64,000 nt of DNA from Balamuthia mandrillaris (GCA_031835245.2 JAVKOQ020000084.1:62001-126000), one strand, 5' to 3'. Shown: positions 26,359 through 38,143, numbered from the stretch's first letter. Program-made: numbers and translations. Notes: generated from the sequence alone by a model not told the origin.

Positions 26359-26843
26359 TATCTACTTTTGGTCCTATATACCATCCTTATTGTGACCCTT
26401 TTACTTTTGGCAACAGACGACAGCCAACTTTGCAGTGTATGGCGCTACCAAACATGCTTTGCCTCAACTCATGAAGACCCTCCGGGCTGAAACCAAAGGA
26501 ACAAAGGTTTTCCTTCTCCTTCTCCTCCTGCCTTTTTGCCTTGTCTCTCAAAACAAATATGCAACAACAACAGGTCGGAGTTCATACAGTATCTCCTGGA
26601 ATGGTTATAACCGACTTACTCTTGAGCGGCAACCGCAACCGAAGAGCTCTTTCCATCTTCAACATATTGGCCGAACGACCTGAAACGGTGGCTCGTTGGA
26701 TGGTCCCTCGCATCAGAGGCGTGCGTGGAAGCGGCAGGTACATTCGTTTTCTCACCCTGGATGGAGTCTTGTGGCGCTTCCTCACTGCCTGGAAGAGACG
26801 AAATCGGTTTTTCGACCTGTCTTCCTCTTCTTCAAGTGAGTAA
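25292..26843 (+). CDS. Short-chain dehydrogenase/reductase of the chlorophyll(ide) b reductase NOL/NYC1-like group
   Basis: VITGSTKGIGLALASEFL, IDIWINNA, VFNMDGAGANG, YGATK, VHTVSPGMVITDLLLSG, NILAERPETVA and YIRFLT. These match the plant NOL signature from recall. Confidence 0.85.
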
Positions 26844-26867
26844 AGCATTTTAAAAACAAACTTCAGT

Positions 26868-29449
26868 CTATTCGAGCATATTTTTGGACCGTAAAGCGTT
26901 CCTAATAAACTCAACCATCGGTTCGTTCTTTGAGTTGACGGCAATGTCTAGTGGTGTCTCATTATCCACATTCTTCTGAAGAAGCATTCTATAAACATCA
27001 TCTTCGCCATTCGTAGCCTTCGTCTTCTCTTCACCATCCTCTTTTTTCTTCTTCGCCGTCAGCAAAACATAGTGGAGCAGTTGGGTGTTTCCAGCTACGG
27101 CCAAATGGTGACAAGGAGTGTTCTTCCATCGATCGGTTGCTGTGCAGTCCGCTCCTAAGGAGAGAAGCAGCTCCACTAATGCCACCCTGTTCCAGTGGCA
27201 GGCGTAATGCAGTACCTGTTTATGCTTTGTTTAGTGTCCTTACTTGCTGATGTAAAGCAGAAATGAAGGAACGTACAGTTTCCCTGTTGTCATTCCTCCA
27301 ATTTATTATATCGTTTCCGCTATGTTCTAACATCACTTTAAATACAGGCACACATCCTTATGTTGTTTGTTCAAGAATAAAATAAATAAGAACAAGCTCG
27401 CTTGCTTGATTTGTGTTTTCCCAAAAGGCGAAAACACAGACGAGCAAAAAGAAGAAGGAAGAAGGAAGAAGGAAGAGGAAGAAGAAGAAAAAGAAGAACA
27501 AGGCGAAGAAGAACAAGAATCAAGAATCAAAGATAAGAGAGAGAAACGTACCCATATAAGCAGCATAGTGAGGTGGTGTTTGTCCTTGTTTGTTGCGAGC
27601 AGCTAAATTTGCTCCTTTGTCCAATAAATACTTTGTCTTGAAGAAAGAGAAGCGGAAAAGATAAGATTCAAGGAAGATTAGCGGAACAAGCAAAAAGAAA
27701 GAAAGACAGAAAACGGGACATTACAATTTCAGCATCTGACTTTTCAGCGGCCCAATGCAGAGCGGTTTTGCCGTTCTGATCCATTTGCTCCACATCGTAT
27801 TTTTCTTCTTCTATTAACTGTATAACTCTTTTCAAGTCTTTTTCTTTGGCCTTATTATCAAAAGGAATATCAGATAGAGTCTTCACAGGAAACAAGAATG
27901 AGAAACGCGAAAAGAACAAAGAGAAAGAGAAAAAATATAGGAGAGAACGAGAAGAAAGAGAGGAGCCAGAAAAGAGATATGCAAAAACAAACCGCGCTGC
28001 AAAGGGGAGCATTTGGGATTTTACTGTCAAAGAAACGAAGAACTTGGCTCCAACCCAATTCCACAGCGACCCTTCGAGGCGTTTTTCCTTCGTTGTCAAC
28101 AATGGACATGGAGGCACCCAAGTTCACCAATAACTCTATCACCGCCAAGTAGTTTCCATCAACGGCATAATGTAATGCCTTGTTTGTTTGCCAAAGTAAA
28201 AAAAAAATGAGGCATGAAAAGAATAAATGAGTTAACAACAGTTAAAAAAAATACAAACAAACAAACAAAAAAGAAAGAAAGAAAGAGAACCGTTCTACCA
28301 CGATTGCACTTGGCGTTGATGTCGATACCTTTGTCAAGTAACGCGTGCATCTGTGAACAAGAGAAAGAATGATTAAGAAGAAAGGAGAACGCAGAAAAGA
28401 AGAAGGGCAGGAAAGAAGAGTACTTGGGCTTGTTCCACAGCAAACAGCCTAACAAGAAGGCCGGTATGTTGCACACGAGAGGTGGCCACTATCAACAAAT
28501 GGTGCAACAACGTCCGCCCGTCTTCATCCTTCATGTTGATCTTGAAGAAAAAAAAAGCAGCGTTTGAGCAAAGTAACAAAAACACAAGATCGACAAATTA
28601 ATAACAAAAGACAAGAACAGAAAATAAAATACAAAGAAAAAAGAAAAAGAAATAGAAAAAAGAAAACTAAAATAATCAAGAAACACAAATAACATATATT
28701 AAATATAAAGAAACAAAGAAAAAGAAAAAAGAAAAAAGAAAAAAGAAAAAAGAAAAAAGAAAAAAGAAAAAAGAAAACTAAATAATCAAGAAACACAAAT
28801 AACATATATTAAATATAAAGAAACAAAGAAAAAGAAAAAAGAAAAAAGAAAAAAGAAAAAAGAAAAAAGAAAAAAGAAAAAAGAAAAAAGAAAAAAAAAG
28901 AAAAAAGAAAAAAGAAAAAAGAAAAAAGAAAAAAGAAAAAGAAAAAGAAAAGAAAAAGAAAAGCAACAAAAGAAAAAAAAGAAAAACAAAAAAAGAACAA
29001 AAATGTAAGAAAAGATTCAAAAACATTGCAAGTAACAAAAAAAAGAAAAGAAAAAAGAAAAAGAAACAGAAAAAAGAAGAAGAAAAATGAAAATGTGAAA
29101 GCATCTTGTAACTTACCTCGAAATCTTTTGCAAGGTTTTCTTTAAACGCTGCTAAATTGGTCTCTTTCATGGACTCAAGGATCGCGTTATAAATGTCGCG
29201 CTGCTTCGAGGCCGCCAACTTCCAGTCGAACTCGCCCTCTTGTTGCTGCTGCTGCCGCAGCAGCAGGCCCTTGCAGGGCTCCTCCACGCGGCACAGCCGG
29301 CAGAACGCGCCGCGCCAAAGGGCAGGGTCCCCCGCCAGCCGCTTCCATGCCGAGTGCGCAGCCGCCGCGTTGCAGAGGTCCCTGGGCGACGTCAAGAAGG
29401 AGAACACATGCACGGAGAGCTCCTCAGGGAGGTCATGGGCAAAGGACAT
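26868..29449 (-). CDS. F-box and ankyrin repeat protein, multi-exon
   Basis: F-box LPEELSVHVFSFLTSPRDLCNAA..LW. Ankyrin motifs DEDGRTLLH, ALHYAV, DQNGKTALHWAA, NKQGQTPPHYAA and NVDNETPLDIA. Confidence 0.85.
28668..28960. repeat. Intronic ~110-bp-period duplication plus (AAAAAGA)n array
   Basis: CTAAAATAATCAAGAAACACAAATAACATATATTAAATATAAAGAAACAAAG occurs at ~28668 and ~28778, each followed by GAAAAAA arrays. Confidence 0.85.
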
Positions 29450-29507
29450 CGAGAGAACGGGTTTCTTACTTTTTTTTTTGTTCTTCTCTGCAAGGTGTTT
29501 GGATCAC

Positions 29508-29578
29508 GTCGACATGTAGGCACTGTCGACAAAATATTGCACTTTTTCGTCGACTTTTCGGATCAATTTTGTGTCGAC
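29508..29578. promoter_or_regulatory. Four GTCGAC palindromes upstream of the F-box-ankyrin start
   Basis: GTCGAC at 29508, 29525, 29549 and 29573. TGTCGACA also at 10911, 15063 and 56797 in other upstream regions. Confidence 0.5.
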
Positions 29579-30130
29579 ACAACAGCTTTACATATTAGCG
29601 CACTTTATCTCTCATCTATCACTGATAGCAGTTCTATCTTGGTTGTTTTATCGAGATATGAATAAGAAGCCTGAATCATTGGGTCAATAATTCAATCGTG
29701 TTACTGTTCAGTCCAATTGGGGGAAATTGACAAGAACGAGATTTATTTTTGAAGACGTTTTGTAGACGGCAAAATAAATCTCCCAAACAAAAACTACACG
29801 AAAAAAATGTCCCGTAGAAAATCTACGCTAACACTTTGTTTTGTGTTACACCATAAAAATCGGTTTTTTGGAATCTGCTGTAATCTCCGGGTGGCTTGGT
29901 CGTACAGAACGAAGGCACAATGAGACTGAAGAAGTTGAAAAGAAACTCCTACGGCTGAACGTTTGTTCCTGGAAAACGCTATGGCCTGTATTCCTTGAGA
30001 AGCCAATGTTAAAAGCAAAGGAGAAGGAGAGTGCTCACTTACTTCCTCAATTTGAATTGCTTGCCTTTCATTTGATGATTCTTTTGGTTGGTGTGTGCCT
30101 TTTTGTCACTTTCTTCGATCTGGATTCTCA

Positions 30131-31290
30131 TTAGCCCACTGCCACATGGTAAGTGCTGTTTGCATGGCTTCCATTGCTGGTTTACCCTCAGCCACAAGCT
30201 TTTGCATTGTTCTTTCCATAAAGTCATGTGACATCTAAACAAGCTCACATTAAAAAACCATCGTTACTGATGAGAGAAAAGAGAGAGAGAAAAAAAGAGA
30301 AAGAGAGAAAGCAAGAAAGAGAGAGAAAGAGAGAGAAAGAGAAAAAAAGAGAGAAAGAGAGAAAGGGAGAGAGATAGAGAGAAAGAGAGAAAGAAAAAGA
30401 GAGAAAGAAATAAAGCAAGAGAGAAAGAGAGAGAGAGAGAGAGAAAGATGAAGAGACCACAAAGAGAAAACTGAGGCATTACCTTTTCTTTTGTCTCTCT
30501 TTTTTTGTTGCTTTGAGGCCCATTCTTTATCTTCTTGTTCCTCAAAGATATCTAAATAAGGGCTGATGTCTGTTACATTGTGGCTTTTCATAAATCTTCT
30601 CTTTTTACAAGTATCCAAGCTTGGGCAAGATGTGCATAGCTGTGATGAACAGGAAGGACATATCTTGTTCTTTGTTCCACTTTGCAAGCAATGCTTTCCA
30701 GTTGCAAGTCCATGGTGACAGGTAGCGCAGTACTTGAGATGTTGATGGGGAATAACCCTGCGGATCAAGAAAGGGACGGCACGTAAGCGACTCTGGGTTT
30801 ATTCACAAGAAAAGGGGTGTGGACCAAAGTGTGTGCTTTGAATGTGTCGTGAGGAAAAGGGGAAAATAAAAAGGGCGAGAAAAATTGGAGGTATCGGGGA
30901 GAGTGTCGACAAGAAGTCATAATAGTTGGTTTTCCAACAGAGAGTTGGTTCTTTTTTCTTCAAGGTGCTTTGTTCCTGTTCCTTTTCTTTTTTTTCCACC
31001 ACTTAGAAACCATAGCAGCATAAAAGCAAATTAACAAAAAGAAAAATACCTGGATGAGCCTCAGTAGAATCTTTTTGAAAAGGTAACTTATTTTTAAAGA
31101 TGACTGTTACAACTTCATTATTCTTGACAAAACATTGGAGCAGTGCCTCTTTCATCAATGCACATCTATCCTTCTTGAGGCATTGAACAATCTCTTTGTT
31201 ATCTGCTTCTTTGGCCAATTCAGTGATAGTGTTGAAGGTATCACCAATGGTATATGTCTTGGGAAAACACAGTCGCAGTTTTTCAAAAGA
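30131..31290 (-). pseudogene. Second (Cys-rich) ORF of the DNA transposon, interrupted
   Basis: Fragments KEIVQCLKKDRC.., CWKTNYYDFL and CATCHH..C..CPSCSSQLCTSCPSLDTC. In-frame stop near 30799. GA-microsatellite intron at ~30245-30480. Confidence 0.4.
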
Positions 31291-31779
31291 ATTTGATCAA
31301 TCAAAATCACAAACCACAAACAAACCACAAACAAAACTACGAACCACAAATTCTAGAATGGTGTGGTTTGTGGCTCAGTTTGTAGTATTTGTTGGCACGT
31401 TTTTATTGGTGTGACGTTTTTTTATAAACTCCAATTGGTGCGGAGTTTTTTTTATAAACTCCAATTGGTTGATACAAAACCGAAAAAATAGTGTACCTTT
31501 TTCTAAACTACAAACCACAAACAAACCACAAAATACCACAAAAGTCACAAATATGAACTTAGCAAATTCATGGCCCACAAAGTTAGTAAAATTTTTATTC
31601 TTTCTATTGTAGTGTGTTTTTGAGGTTTTTTTCCAAACATAGGCAACATCTTCATAGTTGGGATACTTTAATCTCCGAGTGGCTTGGTAGTACAGAACGA
31701 ACCCGAAAGTCTTATTTAGGGCTCTCATTAAGCTCTATAGCTTTAATTTGGAATATTTTACAAAACTATATTACTATCA

Positions 31780-32413
31780 CTTGGGCGTTCATAACAACAT
31801 TTCCTGTGGATGCTTTACTTTCTTAGGGTTTACCCAACAGAAGATCAAGCAAGTGCACTGCTTCATGTAGACCGAAAAACTTGTATACCAGCATTTAGAT
31901 ACAGTACGTAATTATTTTTAGTTTTAGGAAGCTTCTTGCCCAATAGCCAAGCCAACTATTGTAGATGAGAAGGACTTTTATTGTGGAAAATGTAAGCAGC
32001 ATACCCTCAAGTATGAAGTTGGTGTTCACCTACATACTGGCCAAATTGTGTGGGTTTATGGAGGGATAATGGGTTCTATGCATGATTTGACAATTGCAAA
32101 GCTTAAGCTTGTTCATGAACTGGAAACAAAAGAACAGGTGACATCTGACAAAGGATATATTGGACACCCTGCTTTTCTCACTCCTTATGAAGGTCCATGG
32201 GATACTTTAACAGAAGAGCAAAAAATATGGAATAAGCTGCATACCAAAACCCACTGGGCTAATGTTGAACGTTTAAATCATCGTTTAAAGATCTGGCGTT
32301 GCTTAAAAGTGAGTTGGCGTCATGAACATACTCAACACCATCAAGCCTTTTATGTGATTGCCAAAATGACAAATGTTGAGCTTTTATTTACTCCTTTAAG
32401 GAAAAACAAATAA
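31780..32413 (+). pseudogene. DDE transposase relic (DDE_Tnp_4 / Harbinger-ISL2EU family)
   Basis: QHFLWMLYFLRVYPTEDQASALLHVDRKT, CPIAKP..FYCGKCKQHTLKYEVGVHLHTGQIVWVYG, GSMHDLTI, SDKGYIG and NVERLNHRLKIWRCL. The segment carrying the first catalytic Asp appears to be missing. Confidence 0.8.
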
Positions 32414-33091
32414 ATCATTCTATTTCCCCCAATTGGAGTGTTCACCCATTAGAGTTTCTTTTTTGCCCAAAATAATGCATTTTTTGGTGATTGTACAAAG
32501 ATAACAGAATGTTGGGGCCAACACACCAGCATGTTCTTCTTCTCTTTGTTGCGGCTTGTATCGGGTTCATCCCCTTGGAAGGCACAGTACTGCGCTGGAG
32601 GAATGCTGGTATAAGCAGTCATTGGTCTGTTAACAGTCTATTTATTTGTTTTGAGGAACACGTTGGTATTTTGTATTCATCTCGTGTATTATTATGCCAA
32701 CACAAGGGATGACCCGACGAATTGGATCGAGGACGGCACGGGAGCTGCACACATTCCAACCAAAGAAGACGACGCTGTGCTCGGTGGCACTGTGGACTTA
32801 CGTTTTTATGGCGTCTATACTGTTACCATTAATGTTTTGTATCAGTACCCTTTCTTAACTTTTTCATTTCATTCTTCTATTTCTTTTCTTCTTCTCCTTC
32901 TTGATCTTGTTCTTCTTTGTTAACAATACTGTTCTTAACATACACAAACAGAGGAGAGACCGACCGGTGGAAGTTCATAGCCTAACCCTTGAACAGTGCG
33001 AGATTTGTGCAGCTGACCTTTTGGAAGATAAATACAGCGTGTGGAACGGAACCGCATATCGGCAACTGGACGACAGGTATGCAGCGGACCC

Positions 33092-33146
33092 TGTTAGCAG
33101 AGTAAATAGGTATATGGGAAAAGAGTATGTATTGTAGTCTGTTAAC
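33092..33146. repeat. Left terminal inverted repeat of the Copia element
   Basis: 53/55 identity to the reverse complement of 37354-37408. Confidence 0.92.
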
Positions 33147-33275
33147 TGTAGAGATAAACATAAAGATAGTGTTGGTATAAAAAGGATTGGTATCGTGGTC
33201 CTTGTGGTGGTTTCGTGTTGTCGTGTTCGTGTTCGTTCCTTCCTTATGTGGGTAATGAGATGAGGGGTCACTCAA

Positions 33276-36200
33276 TTAACACTCCCACTTGATCCCGATC
33301 TCTTGTCTCATTCCGATGTCCGTGATTAGTTTGACGTGTTTGTCTCGCGGTAGGGGTTTGGTCAGAACATCGGCGGGCATCTCGTCGCTGGCCATGTACT
33401 CCAGCTTGATGGTACCCTTCTTGGTTTCTTCCCTGATCTTGTGGTGTCGAATGTCGATGTGCTTTGTTCTGGAGTGGTTTCCTGGGTTCTTGGACAGTTC
33501 GATACATCCGATGTTGTCCTCGTAGATGATGGTAGGTCCCTCTTGGGTTTCTCCGATATCGTCTAGCAGTCTTCTTAACCAGATAGCTTCTTTGGTTGCT
33601 TCGGTGATGCTCATATATTCGGCTTCGGTCGTAGATAGCGCGACGGTCTTCTGTTTTCTCGATTGCCATGATATTGGTCCTCCGCAGAATTTGAAGACAT
33701 ATCCCGTGGTCGATCTCCTTGAGTCGATGTTGTTGGCGTAGTCGGCGTCGGCGTATCCAATAAGTTTCGAAGCGTTAGCGTCATTGGTGTCGAAGGTGAT
33801 ACCGTGGTTTCTTGTTCCGTTGAGGTAGCGAAAGATTCTTTTTAGGGCTTTCCAGTGTTCCACTTTGGGGTCAGCAGTGAATCTAGCGAGCTCGTTAACG
33901 GTAAATGCTATGTCGGGTCTGGTTCCGGTGGCTGCGTACATTAAGCTTCCGATTGCGTTTCGGTAAGGAACCTTGGGGTCGAGCTTCCTCGAATTGCTAT
34001 ACTTCGTTAGCTTTACTCCCACTTGCGTTGGGGTGTTGATTGGCCTGCTTTTGTGCATGTTGTACTTCTCGACCATATTGCTGATGTAGGTAGGTTGGAG
34101 TAGTGTTGTGCGTCGGTTCTGTCGGTCGCGTTTGATCTGGATTCCGAGGATGAATTGGGCTGGTCCCAAGTCCTTCACGTCGTAGTGTGACTTCAAGTCG
34201 TTCTTGAACTTGTTGATGTTCTTGGTTGTTCCCGCGATCAGTAGGTCATCAACGTACAGTCCGATGATGATGATGTTGTTGTTCTCCCATTTGAAGTAGA
34301 TGCAGCAGTTGGCTGATGCTTTTTCGAAGCCAAGGTCAACAAGAGTGCTATCAAATTCTCCGTTCCACTCTCTTGCTCCTTGCTTCGTGCCGTATAGTCC
34401 CTTTTCTAAGAGGCAGACGTCGTCGGGATGCTCGGGGTCGACGAATCCTACAGGTTGCTCCATGTAGATGACTTCTTTCATAGTAGCGTTGAGGAATGCT
34501 GTGACAATATCCAACTGGTGGAGTTCTAGGTCGTAGAATGTCGCAAAGGCTATGATGATTCTAATCGATGTCATTCAAACGACTGGTGCATAGACTTCGA
34601 AGTAGTCGACTCCTTTCACTTGAGTGAAGCCTTTGGCAACGAGTCGGGCCTTGTATCGTTCGATCTCGCCGTGGGCATTCCGCTTAATTCTGAATGTCCA
34701 TTTGTTCTTGACGATGGTTCTCTCTCTTCCGGGTCGTTTAACGAGTCGCCAAGTTTTGTTCTTCATCAGAGCTTCGAACTCTTCTGACATCGCCTTAAGC
34801 CACTTCTCTCGATCTGGTCCGTTGATTGCTTCTTCGTAGGTTTTTGGTTCCCCGATGATTGCTGCGATCAGCGCGTAGGTGACCAGGTTGGCACTCTTCT
34901 TCTTGGGATCCTCTTCGATGAGTCGCGAGGTTATCGTGATAGCTCGTTTCCCGTCTGCTCGTGGCTTTTTGAGGAATGAAAATGCAGGGTTGGTTGTCTT
35001 CTTATCGATGATGGCTTTGCCGTTTCCGTCGCTGCTGTTGATAGGTTGCTTGCCTTTGGTTTCGCCTGCGTTCTCATCAGCCTTAGTTTCGCTGTCTTCG
35101 CCTTCCTCCTCTTCATCTTCGCTTGAGTCAGAGTCCTCTTTGTCGCTTAGGTCTGAAGTTTGCATCCTCTTCGGTTGCTCAGGCTTGTTTTTGATGGAGG
35201 TGAGTTTTTCTTTCTCGTCGTCCATTGTGCTCCGTTCAGGTTGGATGAACTTTACGTTGCGTGAAAGAGTAATTCTCTTTGTCTTTGGGTTGTAGAGGGT
35301 ATGTGCCTTAGACGTTTCGCTGGGTCCAAGGTAGATGAGCTCCTTCGCCTTGGCATCTAGTTTCTTTCGGTCGTTACTGGGTATGAGCGTCCACGCTCTG
35401 CTTCCAAAGATTTGGATGTGTCGGAGAAACGGTTTCTTTCCAGTCCAAGCTTCTTTTGGCGTCATTCCGTTGACTGCGCTGGTGCCGGTGCGGTTCGTGA
35501 TGTAGTTCGCCATGTTGATGGCTGGCCCCCAATATTTCTCGTCCAGGTCGGCGTGTTGAAGCATACATCGTGCGTTCTCCATAAGCGTCCTGTTGTTCCT
35601 TTCAGCGACTCCGTTCTGCTCCGGTGTATGGGGTGCAGACGTTTGGGTTTGTATACCGTTCTTGTGTAGGTGGTTTCTGAAGTTTTTGCTAATGTATTCG
35701 CCGCCGTTGTCGCTTCGTTGTGCCTTGATCCTTTTGCCGCTTTGGTTGGTGGCCAAAGCTTTATGTTTTCGAATTCTTGGAATCGTTCCAGTGCACCGTC
35801 CTTCGTGGCTAGTCCGTAGACCCAGGTTCGTCTGGTCAGGTCGTCCGTGAAGGTAATGAAGTATCTGGACCCTCCGATGGCGGTCTGCATTGGTCCGCAT
35901 ATGTCCGTGTGCACTAATTCGAGCTTCTCTGTGGCTCGAGTGGCTGGTTCTGTACTAACGGGGTTTCGGGATTGCTTGCCCTTGAGGCAGGCAGTACACG
36001 GTGCGAAGGTTGCGCCGCTGGGTATATCAATTCCGTTCGTGATCTTCGGTAGTTCCTTCAGCTTTTCAATGCTGATGTGGCCCAAACGTTTGTGCCATTC
36101 GTCCACTGCAGTATTAGCGTGCTCTTTTCGCGGCTCTGGTTTGCCTTGGAGGTGGTATAGTCCGTCTTCCTCCAATATTCCGATACCGATGACCATTCCG

Positions 36201-37288
36201 TCCTGTTTGAGTCTGGTGACTCCGCCGGATGAGGAAATGGTTATTCCTCTTCGGTCCAGGGTCGTCGTGGATGTTAGCGTTTTGTCGAATCCGTCGACGT
36301 AGAGTACATCTTGGAAAACACACGTTTCGTGTCCGTACTTTGTCTCTGTTATATAACGTAGGTTACCAGCTTCCGTGGCGGTTATCTTTGCGCCGTTTGC
36401 AAAGTAGACCTTGGTTGGTTTTGTTGGCTTACAGTCCATTAGCAGGCCTTTGTGACCCGTCATGTGGCAGGATGCTCCGGAGTCCAAGATTATGTCTCCG
36501 GTTGGTGATCCTCCTTTGAGCGACACGTTCATCATTCGCTCTCCTTTCTTTTTCTTACTACCGTTCTGACTGCGGCAGTTCTTCGCTATGTGTCCAAATC
36601 CATGGCACTTGTAGCACTCGATATCTTTGTCTTTCTTCTCTCGGCGACCGTGGTCCTTTCTGTTTCCACGTTGTCTATGGCGTCCGTACATGATTGATTC
36701 GCCTTTGCCGTCGAACTTGCTTTTCTTTCGGGCAGCTTCGAGTCTAAGTTTGTCCAATATCTCCTCGTAGGTGCTGCTGTCCTTTAAGGATAGCGTTAGC
36801 GAAGAAGAGACGTGCTCTAGGCTTCCTGGTAAGCTGTTTAGGAGGTAGTGGATCTTTTCGTCCTCAGGTATCGAAGCGTTGCTGAAGATTAGGTCCGCCT
36901 CGCCGATCAAGCTGTCGAACTTATCGAGGTGTTTGTCGAGGTCCTGATTGTCCCTCATTTTCGTAGCGAGTTTGGTGCGGAGCTCGGTCCTTCTAGTGGC
37001 GTCGGCCTTGTCGTATTTCTCGCAAAGCCTATCCCACTGTTCTTTCGCGCTTTCAAGGTTCGTCACCCGTCTCAAGAGTGGTAGGGTGAGACAGCTACAG
37101 ATTAAACCGCTGGCTATGGCGTCGTTCGCCGGATTAAACTCGATGTCTTCCTGCTTTTTGCTGCTGCTGGCGGTTATCGTTCCGTCGACGTAGCCCCATA
37201 CGCCCTTGCTCTTCAAGAGCGTTCTCATCTGGCATTTCCAATCCTGGAATCCATGTCCGTCGAACGGTTTGATTTTCAACTTGCCCAT
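33276..37288 (-). pseudogene. Copia gag-pol polyprotein with one frameshift (~35765) and one premature TGA (34575-34577)
   Basis: CYKCHGFGHIAKNC (zinc knuckle), ILDSGASCHM (protease), WHKRLGH..CTAC, HTDICGP / SDNGGEY / NGVAER (integrase), YVDDLL (RT), and GYADADYA / EAEY / EDN / KHIDIRHH / ADVLTKPL (RNase H). Confidence 0.95.
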
Positions 37289-37352
37289 CGTGCAGTGTGG
37301 TAGAAGGAGATTGTGAGTGTAGCGGTTTTAGTTTGACTGTGGGCCCATAACC

Positions 37353-37408
37353 TGTTAACAGACTACAATACATACTTTTTTCCCATATACCTAATTACTC
37401 TGCTAACA
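37353..37408. repeat. Right terminal inverted repeat of the Copia element (replaces the 5' LTR)
   Basis: TGTTAACAGACTACAATACATACTTTTTTCCCATATACCTAATTACTCTGCTAACA, directly adjacent to the PBS. Confidence 0.92.
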
Positions 37409-37614
37409 GCCCCAAGCTCCTTCTTGTGCGGCGTGGTTCTTGACTTGGTCGCTCCAACCGTGCTTATAGTTTGGGAAGAGAGCGGAACTATGGGGATAGG
37501 AAGGAATTCGTTTTTGAGGTTGAGTGGCAGCCAAGAGGATCCCTGGAGCACCCCGTTTGTATCTTTTCGTTATTTTCACCCTTCTTGTTCTGCTCGCTGT
37601 ACTAAATTCTTTTC

Positions 37615-37648
<34 letters not shown>

Positions 37649-37914
37649 TTCTTTTGTTTTAAATAGAAAAATCATGTTGGTCAGAGGGGCTACCTTAGTT
37701 CTTCAGCAACGGAGCTACTTACAAGGCATTGGAGAGATACACGGGAATGTTACCGCTGAACAAGATTCCAAAATATTTCCATTCATTTGGTGGAAAGGAG
37801 CTCCTTATTCTTCTGAGAGTAATGCTGGTGGCTCCCTTCATATCTTTGGTTCGGTTTCCATGGAATGGATCAATATTTATTTTTATGGTAACTCCTTCAT
37901 GCTCTTCTCGTTCG

Positions 37915-38143
37915 TCTTCTTCTTCAACTCGTTTTTGTTCTTGTTCCTGTTTTTGTTCTTGTTCTTGTTCTTCTTCTTGTTCTTGTTCTTCTTCTTGTTC
38001 TTCTTCTTCTTCTTGTTCTTGTTCTTGTTCTTGTTCTTGTTCTTGCTCTTGTTCTTCTTGGTCTTCTTCTTGTTCTTCTTGTTCTTCTTGTTCTTCTTCT
38101 TCTTCTTCTTCTTCTTCTTCTTCTTGTTCTTGTTCTTCTTCTT

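Larger units (their letters stand above)
29712..32437. mobile_element. Degenerate PIF/Harbinger/ISL2EU-type DNA transposon with 16-bp terminal inverted repeats
   Basis: TCCAATTGGGGGAAAT (29712-29727) and ATTTCCCCCAATTGGA (32422-32437) are exact reverse complements. They enclose a DDE_Tnp_4-like transposase relic and a divergent second ORF. AT-rich relative to host genes. Confidence 0.75.
33092..37408 (-). mobile_element. Ty1/Copia retrotransposon bounded by terminal inverted repeats, 5-bp TSD (GACCC/GCCCC)
   Basis: TG...CA ends. PBS GGTTATGGGCCCA (37352-37340). PPT-like AAGTGGGAG (33290-33282). Domain order Gag-PR-IN-RT-RH. Removing the element plus one TSD copy restores the host frame (YAADPSSFLCGVVLD). 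Confidence 0.93.

Noticed and set aside
31300..31560. ACCACAAA-rich short repeats resembling an array
   Set aside because: Irregular, with no constant repeat-spacer period. Treated as internal transposon repeats, not CRISPR.
33092..37408. DIRS or Ginger classification of the TIR-bounded element
   Set aside because: No tyrosine recombinase is present. It encodes RT/RH with Copia domain order and a copia PBS.
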